This document shows, piece by piece, positions 34,137 to 43,400 of a stretch of DNA of 64,000 nt. The stretch is taken from assembly GCA_023131895.1 (NCBI GenBank), contig JAGLYZ010000004.1:29895-93894 (forward strand). Reading direction: 5' to 3'. Made by a program: the position numbers and the translations under genes. Under the pieces are notes generated by a model. That model was not told the DNA's origin. It did no database searches and was given only the letters and a program-made list of their open reading frames with translations. Numbering within the stretch: position 1 is the stretch's first letter; every line of letters starts with the position of its first letter. The stretch is from Candidatus Parcubacteria bacterium (GTDB lineage: Bacteria; Patescibacteriota; Minisyncoccia; Minisyncoccales; JAGMDC01).

Positions 34137-34162
34137 TAAAGAACGCGGCGAAGCCGCTCTGA
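34137..34162. repeat. 26-bp inverted repeat, right copy
   Basis: TAAAGAACGCGGCGAAGCCGCTCTGA. Lies 11 nt from the 3' end of tRNA-Leu(GAG). Confidence 0.85.
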
Positions 34163-34173
34163 CTTTTTCTCGG

Positions 34174-34262
34174 TGGTGCGGACGAAGGGACTCGAACCCT
34201 TATGGAGAAAAATCTCCCAGGAGCCTCAGTCCTGTGCGTCTAGCCAATTGCGCCACGTCCGC
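34174..34262 (-). tRNA. tRNA-Leu (anticodon GAG), CCA encoded
   Basis: Acceptor GCGGACG/CGTCCGC, anticodon stem CAGGA/TCCTG with loop CTGAGGC, variable-arm stem GGAGA/TCTCC, T-arm AAGGG-TTCGAGT-CCCTT, 3' ACCA. Confidence 0.9.
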
Positions 34263-34883
34263 TTATTTGTTTTCTTTGTCCGTTGGAGTTTCAGAAGAAA
34301 CGGATTTCTTTTCTTCTATTTTTTCTTCATTGCTTTCTGTGGTTTCAGCAACAGCTGGTTTTTTTTCTGTTTCTTTCCCCTCTACTTTTTGTTCTGGTTC
34401 CGGTTTTGATTCTGGTTCAATTTTAGGTTCCAGCCCAGATTCTTCTGGGCGAGGCTCGCTCCCTTCGGGAGCAGCTGGAGTTGCTGTGACATCAGGAAGG
34501 CCTTTTCTTTTTAAACGTGCCTTTCTACCTTTTGCTTCTCTTAAATAAAATAGTTTTGCTCTTCTTACTTTTCCTCTTTTAGTTATCTCTATTTTTTGAA
34601 TAAGAGGTGAATTGATAGGAAGAATTTTTTCTACTCCAATACCAGCAATAATTTTTCTTACAGTTATAGTAGCATTTATCCCTTTTCCATGTTTTCTAGC
34701 TAAGACCAAGCCTTCAAATACTTGAATTTTTTCTTTGTCTTTTTCCGCACTTTTTGTCTTTTTGCTTTTCACGCCAGATATTGCTGGAATTATCTGATGA
34801 ATGCGAACAGTATCACCAGGCCTGATATCTGGCAGGCCCTTTCTTAATTGCGACTTATTAAATTGTTCAACGATATTTGACAT
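34263..34883 (-). CDS. rplS: 50S ribosomal protein L19 with internal insertion and long Glu/Lys/Pro-rich C-terminal tail
   Basis: LPDIRPGDTVRIH, FEGLVLARKHGKG, ATITVRKI, GVEKILPINSP, RAKLFYLR. Confidence 0.9.
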   Translation of the reverse strand: MSNIVEQFNKSQLRKGLPDIRPGDTVRIHQIIPAISGVKSKKTKSAEKDKEKIQVFEGLVLARKHGKGINATITVRKIIAGIGVEKILPINSPLIQKIEITKRGKVRRAKLFYLREAKGRKARLKRKGLPDVTATPAAPEGSEPRPEESGLEPKIEPESKPEPEQKVEGKETEKKPAVAETTESNEEKIEEKKSVSSETPTDKENK

Positions 34884-34893
34884 ACTAATAAAA

Positions 34894-35526
34894 TTATTTT
34901 AACGTTTTTATTACTTTTTTCAAGTCCACTGACAATTCTGAACTAAACTTTTTTCTCTCTCCATTCGGTAATTTTATGGTTAGTTCGTGGGCGTGTAGAA
35001 ATTGTCGTTTTAATCCTTTTGGACAGGGCTGATTTTTAAAACCGTATAATTTATCTCCAGCAATAGGATGTCCTAAAGCTGCAAAATGGCATCTGATTTG
35101 ATGTTTTCTGCCAGTTTTTGGCTCTGCTTCTATTAAAGAATACTCCTTAAATCTCTCTAAAATCCTATATTCTGTTATTGCTTTTCTTAATCCTTTTCTT
35201 TTTGCATCTGGCTCATTTGGTAAATATGTTTTTTGTTTTTTTCTATTTTTTAGAGACCGTCCTATTAAAGTTTCGATTTTACCTTTTACGGAGGACGGGC
35301 CTCCGGAGACTAATGCAAGATATTTTTTAATTACCGTTCTATTCTTAAACTGTTTTTGAAAAAAATCAAGAGCTTTGCTGTTCTTAGCTATTAACAAAAT
35401 TCCAGATGTATCTTTATCTAAACGGTGGATTCTCTTTTCAAAATCGTCAGAATTTATTCCTGCTGGCTTATCAATCACTAATAAATCATCATCTTGATAA
35501 ATAATTTTTAGCTTTTCTTTTTTCAT
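34894..35526 (-). CDS. RluA family pseudouridine synthase
   Basis: VIDKPAG, catalytic HRLDKDTSGILLIAK, KKYLALV, GRKHQIR, FLHAHEL. Confidence 0.85.
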   Translation of the reverse strand: MKKEKLKIIYQDDDLLVIDKPAGINSDDFEKRIHRLDKDTSGILLIAKNSKALDFFQKQFKNRTVIKKYLALVSGGPSSVKGKIETLIGRSLKNRKKQKTYLPNEPDAKRKGLRKAITEYRILERFKEYSLIEAEPKTGRKHQIRCHFAALGHPIAGDKLYGFKNQPCPKGLKRQFLHAHELTIKLPNGERKKFSSELSVDLKKVIKTLK

Positions 35527-35534
35527 CTTTTCTG

Positions 35535-35608
35535 TGGACGATGCAGGACTCGAACCTGCGGCCTTTTCGATGTCACCGAAACGCTCTAGCCAACTGAGCT
35601 AATCGTCC
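35535..35608 (-). tRNA. tRNA-Val (anticodon GAC)
   Basis: Acceptor GGACGAT/ATCGTCC, D-arm GCTC-AGTTGGCTA-GAGC, anticodon stem TTTCG/CGAAA with loop GTGACAT, T-arm GCAGG-TTCGAGT-CCTGC. Confidence 0.9.
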
Positions 35609-35610
35609 AT

Positions 35611-35686
35611 TGGTGGGCGTGGCAGGACTCGAACCTGCGAACCTAACGCTTATAAGACGTTTGCTCTACCACTGAGCTACACGCCC
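35611..35686 (-). tRNA. tRNA-Ile (anticodon UAU), CCA encoded
   Basis: Acceptor GGGCGTG/CACGCCC, D-arm GCTC-AGTGGTA-GAGC, anticodon stem AACGT/GCGTT with loop CTTATAA, T-arm GCAGG-TTCGAGT-CCTGC. The variable region appears to be 6 nt. Confidence 0.75.
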
Positions 35687-35693
35687 AATTTAA

Positions 35694-36368
35694 TTATATA
35701 TTTTTACTTAAATAATAATCACTGATAGATTTCAATCCCATAAGTATTTTTTCCGTCAGCCTCGCATCCCCAATTTTCACATTACAAGTACCATGACCAA
35801 AACTTCCTTTATGATTTATACTCGCCTTATCTGTTTTTTTGATATAGGGTTTATTAAATTGGGAAATGGGAATATTTAAAATTTCTGACCAAAATTTTAT
35901 TTCTTTAGCAATATTCATATCTTTATATAAATGAAGATGAACCTTAAGTTTCTCCTTAGGTACCTTTAAACTTTTTATTAGCCAATCCATAAAAAATTTT
36001 ATAATTGAGGGATCTGTATTTGATACAGAAAGACGACACATACCAACTTTTGCTCCTTCTCCCCAATAAAGAAATAAACCGGCAAGATATAATTCTCGTT
36101 TATCAAAGGGAAAAATAATTCTTTTTTGTTCTTTACAAAATTTATTTAACCTTTCTTCTTTCTTTTTTCTTTTTGTTTCTCGGCATTTTTCAATTCTCTG
36201 CTCATTCCAGTCACGAAGTTCCCTTATTCTTTTTTTAGATAAAGGGTAATCTTTAAGCCAAGCACTCAAAGTACTTTTACTTACTTTTAATATCTTTTTG
36301 ATTTGGCTATAACTCATTCCTTGTTTTCTTAGAGTTAAGGCCATTTGATGATCTTTAAACTTAGCCAT
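35694..36368 (-). CDS. HTH domain protein with a LAGLIDADG-like motif (possible free-standing homing endonuclease)
   Basis: N-terminal HTH-like QGMSYSQIKKILKVSKSTLSAWL. YLAGLFLYWGEGAK resembles the LAGLIDADG/GEG motif. Sits between a tRNA gene and a duplicated tRNA 5' stub. Confidence 0.5.
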   Translation of the reverse strand: MAKFKDHQMALTLRKQGMSYSQIKKILKVSKSTLSAWLKDYPLSKKRIRELRDWNEQRIEKCRETKRKKKEERLNKFCKEQKRIIFPFDKRELYLAGLFLYWGEGAKVGMCRLSVSNTDPSIIKFFMDWLIKSLKVPKEKLKVHLHLYKDMNIAKEIKFWSEILNIPISQFNKPYIKKTDKASINHKGSFGHGTCNVKIGDARLTEKILMGLKSISDYYLSKNI

Positions 36369-36463
36369 AATCGAACCATTAAACTATTTAATATCAATAC
36401 TAATTCATTAGTTCATTTTAACAAAAATATTATTAAAGAGCAAATAGTAAATATATCTTTTTT

Positions 36464-36479
36464 ATTGAGCTATACGCCC
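36464..36479 (-). other. 16-nt tRNA 5' fragment (stub)
   Basis: Minus strand reads GGGCGTATAGCTCAAT versus GGGCGTGTAGCTCAGT at the 5' end of tRNA-Ile(UAU). Similarity stops after about 16 nt. Confidence 0.6.
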
Positions 36480-36481
36480 GG

Positions 36482-38344
36482 TTACTTCTTCTTTTTGGTT
36501 TTTGCTTTCTTGATTTTGACCAAACTTTCAAATTCTTCTCTTTCAATTGTTTCTTTTTTGATTAATGTTTTAGCAATTTTTTCTAAAAGTTTTTTGTTTC
36601 TGCTTAAAAGCTTCTTTGCGGTAGATTCTGCGTCTTTAATAAACTTTGCTATTTCTTTATCAATTTTAGCAGCTATCTTTTCAGAGTAATTTCTTTGTTC
36701 AGAAATTTCTCTTCCTAAAAAGACCAACTCTTCTTTTTCGCCAAAAGAAATAGGTCCCAGAGGCGACATTCCGTATTCTTTTACCAGCTTTCTGGCTAAA
36801 TCTGATGCTCTCTCCAAGTCATTTGCCGCGCCGGTAGACATTTCTTTGAATTTTAATTTTTCTGCGCAATAGCCGCCAAGCAAAACCGCCATTTCAGCCA
36901 AGAATTCTGATTTAGTTTTCAATCGTTTCTCTTCAGCAGGAACTTTTAGGGTATAGCCAGCTGCCATTCCACGAGCCACAATAGAAACCTTTCTCACTGG
37001 TTCAGTGTTAGGGATTAAAGCAGATACAAGCGCGTGTCCGGCTTCGTGATAAGCAGCCATCTTTTTTTCTTTTGCTGATAAAATATGTGATTTTCTTTCC
37101 GGGCCTAACAAAACTTTTTCAATTGAGTCCAAAAATTCTTCTTGGAAAACCTGATGCTTGTTTTTTCGAGCAGCCAAAATAGCTGCTTCATTAACCACAT
37201 TAGCTAAATCAGCGCCAGAAAATCCTGGTGTTCTTTCTGCCACTTCTCGCATGTTTATATTCAAAGCTAATGGCTTGCCTCGACAATGAATTTTTAGAAT
37301 TTCTTCCCGGTCACTGATATCAGGTAAATCTAAAACCACTTTTCTGTCAAATCTACCCGGCCGTAAGAGAGCGGGATCAAGGACATCCCCGCGATTTGTA
37401 GCTGACAGAACTATAGTTTTAGAATCTCTTTCAAATCCGTCCATTTCTACCAGAATTTGGTTCAGGGTTTGTTCTCTTTCGTCATGGCCGCCGCCAATTC
37501 CAGCTCCTCTTACTCTGCCAATAGCATCAAGTTCATCAATAAAAATAATGGATGTACCTGCTTTTTTAGCTGTAGCAAAAAGATCCCTGACTCGCGCTGA
37601 ACCAACACCGACAAACATTTCAACAAATTCTGAGCCAGAGACCGAAAAGAACGGGACATTAGCTTCTCCAGCCACTGCTCTTGCCAAGAGGGTTTTGCCT
37701 ACGCCAGCCGGACCTAAAAGCAGGACTCCTCTGGGTATTCTTGCTCCCATATCTAAATATTTCTTTGGATTTTTTAAAAAACCGACAATTTCCTGCAGTT
37801 CCTGCTTTGCTTCTTTTAAGCCAGCTACATCTTTAAAAGTAATTTTTTCTTTGCCATGGCCTTCAGCTCCGAAAAGCCGGGCTTTAGCTTTTCCAAAATC
37901 AAATGCCTGCATAGCTCCTGTTTTTGCCTGGCGAAAAATCAACCAAAAAAATAAAAGAAAAAACAATAAAGGCAAAATAAGAATAGAAATCGGGCCAAGC
38001 CAAAATAAGAATCCTCCTTCTTTTTTTACTGCAATATTTGCTTTATTAATTTTTTCTTCGCTTAATCCGTAATTTAGTAAAGTATCGCTGAGAGCTATTT
38101 CAGTTTCTTTTCTTGTTTCTGCTTTTGCATTATCGAGATAAGTGATAGAGATTTCGTTTCCAGAAACAATAATTTCTGCGATTTTTTCATCGCCTATGTC
38201 TTTTACTAATTGCGTTAAAGAAATTTCTGTTTTTTCTTCAAACGGCTGGGAGAACAAAGCAAAAATTGCGGAAATAGTCAGAAAAATAAGGAAAATAAAT
38301 AATATATTTTTAGATATATTTTTAATATTTTTAGCTTTTGCCAT
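36482..38344 (-). CDS. ftsH: ATP-dependent zinc metalloprotease FtsH
   Basis: Two N-terminal TM helices, Walker A GPAGVGKT, Walker B IIFIDELD, SRH region, HEAGHA zinc site. Confidence 0.97.
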   Translation of the reverse strand: MAKAKNIKNISKNILFIFLIFLTISAIFALFSQPFEEKTEISLTQLVKDIGDEKIAEIIVSGNEISITYLDNAKAETRKETEIALSDTLLNYGLSEEKINKANIAVKKEGGFLFWLGPISILILPLLFFLLFFWLIFRQAKTGAMQAFDFGKAKARLFGAEGHGKEKITFKDVAGLKEAKQELQEIVGFLKNPKKYLDMGARIPRGVLLLGPAGVGKTLLARAVAGEANVPFFSVSGSEFVEMFVGVGSARVRDLFATAKKAGTSIIFIDELDAIGRVRGAGIGGGHDEREQTLNQILVEMDGFERDSKTIVLSATNRGDVLDPALLRPGRFDRKVVLDLPDISDREEILKIHCRGKPLALNINMREVAERTPGFSGADLANVVNEAAILAARKNKHQVFQEEFLDSIEKVLLGPERKSHILSAKEKKMAAYHEAGHALVSALIPNTEPVRKVSIVARGMAAGYTLKVPAEEKRLKTKSEFLAEMAVLLGGYCAEKLKFKEMSTGAANDLERASDLARKLVKEYGMSPLGPISFGEKEELVFLGREISEQRNYSEKIAAKIDKEIAKFIKDAESTAKKLLSRNKKLLEKIAKTLIKKETIEREEFESLVKIKKAKTKKKK

Positions 38345-38345
38345 G

Positions 38346-39425
38346 TTATTTAATTAAACTTAATGTCATTTTATGCTCTTTTGAATCCAGGGACAGGATT
38401 TTAAATTCATAGTCTTTTCCTATTTTTATTTTCTCTTCCATTTTTTCATTAGTGCCGAATTCAGAGATATGACAGAGACCTTGAATTTTTGTTTTTTCAA
38501 TCTGGACAAAGGCCCCAAAATCATTTAGCTTTGCCACTTTTCCTTTTATCGTATCGCCCTTTTTATATTCTTTTTCAATATCCTGCCACGGATCTTTTTT
38601 TAGGGCTTTCAAAGAAAGAAAAATTTTATTATCAGCAATATTAACAATTTTCGCTTTTATTTTTTCTCCTGTTTTTACTATTTCTGAAGGATGTTTTACT
38701 ATTTGCCAGTCAAGTTCAGAAATATGGCAAAGTCCTTCTAAATATTTTTCCGTTTTATTTTCAACGGCTGGGAATTTAATAAATGCTCCAAAATCAGTAA
38801 TTTTAGTGATTTCTCCTTCAATGATATCTCCAGCCTTATAATTTTTTAAGTATTCCTTAATACTTTCTATTTCGCCGGCTTTTTCAGAAAGAACTAATTT
38901 TTCTCCGCTTAGGTCTAGATTAATTATTTTTACTTCTATTTCTTGGCTGATAAATTTTTGAAGCTCCCTTACTATTTGCGACCTGTCTTCTCCTTCTATA
39001 TGCGGATAGTGCTGTGAAGAAAGCTGGGAGACCGGTAAAAAGGCAGGTATGCCAAAGATATCTGTTAATAACCCTCCTTTATTAGCGCCGGTAATTTTTA
39101 CTTTTATAATTTCTTCTTTTTCTTTTATGTCTCTGAGTTTTTTCCAATTTATTTCTCTGCTGGCTTCAGAGACAGAAAGTTCAATATAGCCGTCTTCGTT
39201 TTCTAACCCAATTATCTTAGCAGAAATATTATCTCCGATTTTTGCATCTTTAAGAATATTTTTAGCTTCTTGGAATTCTTTGCCAAAAATTATTCCTGTT
39301 CCAGTTGGCCCTAAATCAATAAAAATACTGGAACGGTCAATACCGACCACTTTTCCATCAATAATTTCTCCAGTTCTTGGAGGTTTTATTTCATCATCTT
39401 TAGTTGCTAAAAAAGTATTTTTCAT
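38346..39425 (-). CDS. rpsA: 30S ribosomal protein S1 (four S1 domains)
   Basis: Repeated S1/OB motifs (G.i..G.V......g.fi.l...g....G..his.l). Confidence 0.85.
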   Translation of the reverse strand: MKNTFLATKDDEIKPPRTGEIIDGKVVGIDRSSIFIDLGPTGTGIIFGKEFQEAKNILKDAKIGDNISAKIIGLENEDGYIELSVSEASREINWKKLRDIKEKEEIIKVKITGANKGGLLTDIFGIPAFLPVSQLSSQHYPHIEGEDRSQIVRELQKFISQEIEVKIINLDLSGEKLVLSEKAGEIESIKEYLKNYKAGDIIEGEITKITDFGAFIKFPAVENKTEKYLEGLCHISELDWQIVKHPSEIVKTGEKIKAKIVNIADNKIFLSLKALKKDPWQDIEKEYKKGDTIKGKVAKLNDFGAFVQIEKTKIQGLCHISEFGTNEKMEEKIKIGKDYEFKILSLDSKEHKMTLSLIK

Positions 39426-39516
39426 ATTTCAAATTTAATATTACATTATTTTTTTATTTTTTACAAGAGATGGGCTTAATATTGAGTTTCAAATTTGTTT
39501 ATGCTAAACTGAAAAT

Positions 39517-40095
39517 ATGAACATAACTTGGTTTGGACAATCTTGTTTCCAAATAATTACTCAAAAGAATAAGGATAGTTCTGTGAAAATAGTCATTGAT
39601 CCTTTTGGAAAAGATACTGGCTTGACAATGCCTAAATTAGAGGCAGATATTTTGCTGCTTACAAGCAAGGATTATGATTTAGGCAGGATTAAGAACAGCG
39701 ATTATTTTTTAATTAATGAGCCGGGAGAATATGATGTCCAAGATGTTTTTGTCCAAGGAATAGAAATAGAATCAAACATCTTTGTTATTGAAATAGAAGG
39801 AATGCGGCTTTGCCATTTAGGATGTGTTCAGCAAAAAGAGCTGCAAAACGGACAAGTAGAAAAAATTGGCGACATTGATATTTTAATGGTTTCAGTCGGT
39901 GAAGATGTTCAAACCGCTTCAAAAATTATCAGCCAGATAGAGCCGAAGATTATTATTCCTATGCGTTATCATAATAAAATAGATGATTTTTTGAAAATAA
40001 TGGGTGGAAAATCAATTGAACCGCAAGCTAAGCTGTCTATCAAAAAAAAGGATTTGCCAAAACAAGGAAGGGGAATAGTGCTTTTAAAAATATAA
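39517..40095 (+). CDS. MBL-fold metal-dependent hydrolase (UPF0173-like)
   Basis: ITWFGQSCFQI...VIDPF N-terminus and overall size typical of this family. The canonical HxHxDH motif was not clearly seen. Confidence 0.65.
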   Translation: MNITWFGQSCFQIITQKNKDSSVKIVIDPFGKDTGLTMPKLEADILLLTSKDYDLGRIKNSDYFLINEPGEYDVQDVFVQGIEIESNIFVIEIEGMRLCHLGCVQQKELQNGQVEKIGDIDILMVSVGEDVQTASKIISQIEPKIIIPMRYHNKIDDFLKIMGGKSIEPQAKLSIKKKDLPKQGRGIVLLKI

Positions 40096-40280
40096 TGACT
40101 GTTTTTAAAAAAATCAAAGATCAACCAGAATATGTAAGGAAAGCTATCTTCTGGATTGTGATAATGATTTTAGCTATAAGTTTATTTTTCATATGGCTGA
40201 AGATTGCTGATCAAAGAATAGAAAGTTTTAAAAATCAAGGATCCCTGCAAAATGTTGTTGACAAATTTCCAGAGATGTAA
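40095..40280 (+). CDS. Small single-pass membrane protein
   Basis: 61 aa with one TM helix (IFWIVIMILAISLFFIWL). Start overlaps the upstream stop (ATAATG). Confidence 0.35.
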   Translation: MTVFKKIKDQPEYVRKAIFWIVIMILAISLFFIWLKIADQRIESFKNQGSLQNVVDKFPEM

Positions 40281-40420
40281 TATACTACAATTATTCGCAG
40301 TTTAATAATATTTTATTAGAAGTAACTTTTTTACTTTGATTGCTTCTTTTTTTTAAAATTTCAAGATTATTCTCAACCCTAAAAATCTAAGATTAGGGTA
40401 ATTTTTGTTTATAATTTATT

Positions 40421-43400
40421 ATGGAAGAGATAAAAATTAAAAATTTTGGAAAATCAAAAGTTAATCTGCCTCTGTTTTATCTCTTAAATGTCCAAAAAGA
40501 AAATTGGCAGCAATTTTGGGATAATGATTTAAAAGAGCTGTTTTCCGAGATTTCTCCGATTAAAGACCATACTGGCAAAGAATTGGAGCTTTGGTTTTCA
40601 GATTATAAATTGTCAAAATCCAAATACAAAAATGACTTAGAGGCAAAGCAGAATAACGATTCTTATGAAGTTTCTCTTAGGGTAAAGACAAGATTGGTCA
40701 ATCTTAAAACAAAAGAAACTAAGGAGCAAGAGGTCTTTTTAGCTGATTTTCCATTAATGTCAGAAAGAGGAACTTTTATTGTTAATGGGGTTGAAAGAGT
40801 AGTTATTTCACAGCTTATTCGGTCCCCAGGCGCTTTTTTCACCAGTAAGATAGTAAATAGTAAAAACTATTTTGGAGCAAAAATTATTCCTAATAGAGGA
40901 GCCTGGCTTGAGTTTGAAACAGAGTCATCCGGCCTTATAGGCATCAAGATTGACAGGAGAAGAAAAGTGCCAGCCACTACTTTATTAAGAGCGTTTGGTT
41001 TGAGCGAAGATGAAGATATAATAAAGGCGTTTAAAGATATTGATAACGGCAAGATTAAGTATATTGAAAAAACTCTAGCTAAAGACAGCGCTAAAAACCA
41101 AACAGAGGCAATAGTTGAGGTTTATCAAAGATTAAGGCCTGGTGATTTAGCAAGCCCTGATTCAGCAAAAGAATTGATTGAAAATATGTTTTTCAATTTT
41201 GATAGGTATGATTTATCAAAGGTAGGACGTTGGAAAACCTTGGAGCGTCTGCCAGAATTAAAAAAAGAGAAAAACAAGCAGGATATTAAAATAGAAGACA
41301 GAGTTCTTCATCTTGAGGATATTATCGCAGTAATAAGAGAAATTATCCGTTTGAATAATGATCCAGAAGCTCAGCCAGACCAAATTGATCATTTAGGGAA
41401 CAGGAGGGTGCGAACCATAAATGAATTGCTTCAAAACCGTTTAAGGGTTGGCATGATGAGAATGGAAAGAATTATAAAAGACAGGATGTCAACCTTGGAA
41501 ATTTCTGAGATGATGCCTGTACAGCTTATAAATCCAAAGCCTTTTATCGCAGTAGTAAAAGAATTTTTCTCTTCCAGCCAATTTTCCCAATTTATGGACA
41601 ATGAAAATCCTTTAGCTGAACTTGAACATAAACGGACTTTAACTGCCACAGGTCCGGGCGGGCTTACTCGGGAAAGGGCTGGTTTTGATGTTCGGGATGT
41701 TCAGCCGTCCCACTATGGAAGGATTTGCCCTATTCAGACCCCAGAGGGCGCTAACATTGGATTGGTAAGTCATTTGGCCAGTTATGCTAGAATTAATCCT
41801 TATGGTTTTCTTGAGACCCCTTATTATAAAGTAAAGAAAGGCAAGGTTACTTCAGAGCTTCATTATCTTACGGCTTATGAAGAGGAAAAATTTAATATTG
41901 CTCATGCCGGAGTGCCTATTGGCGAAAATGCTATGATTACGTCTCAAGTGGTTGAGGCAAGAATTCTCGGGCTTCCAGGCGAAATACAAAGAGAGAGAAT
42001 TGACTTTATTGATGTTTCTCCTCAGCAGTCTATTTCTATTGCTACTTCTCTTATTCCCTTTTTACAAAATAATGATGCCAATCGAGCCTTAATGGGATCT
42101 AATATGCAGAGGCAGTCAGTCCCTTTAGTCAAGCCGGAAGTGCCTTTGGTGTCCACTGGTATTGAAGAGAAAATAGCTAAAGATTCCGGCCAGGCAGTAG
42201 TCACCAATGAAAAAGGAGTAGTTACAGAAGTAGATTCTGACCATATAATAGTAAAAGAGAAAAACAGAACCAAAAAAGAATATAATCTGCGAACATTTAT
42301 CAGGACTAATCAATATACTTGTTTGCATCAGAAACCAATTGTTAAAAAAGGCCAAACAGTAAAAGCAGGGGATGTTTTAGCTGACGGCGGATCTATTGAT
42401 AGAGGCCATTTAGCATTAGGCCAAAATGTTTTAGTTGCTTTTATGCCATGGAGAGGAGGTAATTATGAGGATGCTATTATTATTTCAGAAAAGTTAGTAA
42501 AAGATGATTGTTATACTTCTATTCATATTGAGAGCTTTACTTGTGATGTAAGAGAAACAAAGCTTGGCCCTGAAATTACTACTTCTGATATTCCTAATGT
42601 CAGCTTGGAGAAATTAAAGGATTTAGACGAAGAAGGAATTATTAGAACCGGGGCTGATGTAGCGCCTAATGATATTTTGGTTGGAAAAATTTCTCCAAAA
42701 GGAGAAGCAGATTTAACGCCGGAAGAAAGATTACTGAGGGCAATTTTTGGAGAAAAAGCAAAAGAAGTGAAAGATAGTTCTTTGCGGATGGAGCATGGCA
42801 AGAAAGGGAGAGTAGTTGGAGTGAAAATTTTTGACAGGGAAAAAGGAGATAAGCTGGAGCCCGGAGTGATAAGGAGAATTCAGGTAGAGGTTGCGGAAAT
42901 TAGAAAGATTGGAGCAGGAGATAAGCTTTCCGGCAGGCATGGAAACAAAGGAGTGATTTCCAAAGTTTTGCCGGAAGAAGAAATGCCTTTTTTAAAAGAT
43001 GGGACTCCTATTGATGTAATTTTAAACCCTTTGGGCGTTGCTTCCAGAAAAAACATCGGACAGATTCTTGAAACCCATTTGGGTTTTGCCGCCAAGAAGC
43101 TGGGTTATGTAGCAGCTACTCCTTCTTTAAGCGGAGCTAATGAACAGGATATTAAGAGAGAGCTTAATAGCGCTGGTCTTTCAGAAGACGGAAAAGTTGA
43201 GTTGTTTGACGGAAGAACAGGCCTTGCTTTTCCAGAAAATATTACTGTTGGATATTCATATTTAATGAAGTTAATTCATATGGTTGAAGATAAAATCCAT
43301 ATGCGTTCTATCGGTCCTTATTCTTTAATCACACAGCAGCCATTAGGGGGAAAGGCCCAGTTTGGCGGACAGAGATTTGGAGAAATGGAAGTTTGGGCGT

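Noticed and set aside
33278-34162. The inverted-repeat-flanked segment as a complete insertion sequence
   Set aside because: The only ORF inside is a secreted Cys-rich protein with no transposase, integrase or recombinase motifs. At most it is a non-autonomous or invertible cassette.
37548-38072. Long antisense ORFs opposite well-supported genes (this one opposite ftsH; also 60274-60762 opposite groEL, 22309-22827 opposite the Cys-rich pilin-like gene, 25616-26050 opposite tsaD, 34090-34548 across tRNA-Leu and rplS, and 36345-36689, which overlaps the start of the LAGLIDADG-like gene and the 3' end of ftsH)
   Set aside because: Each is fully contained in, or overlaps, a gene or tRNA with strong family motifs on the other strand. 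Their translations are low-complexity with no motifs. Such shadow ORFs are expected by chance.
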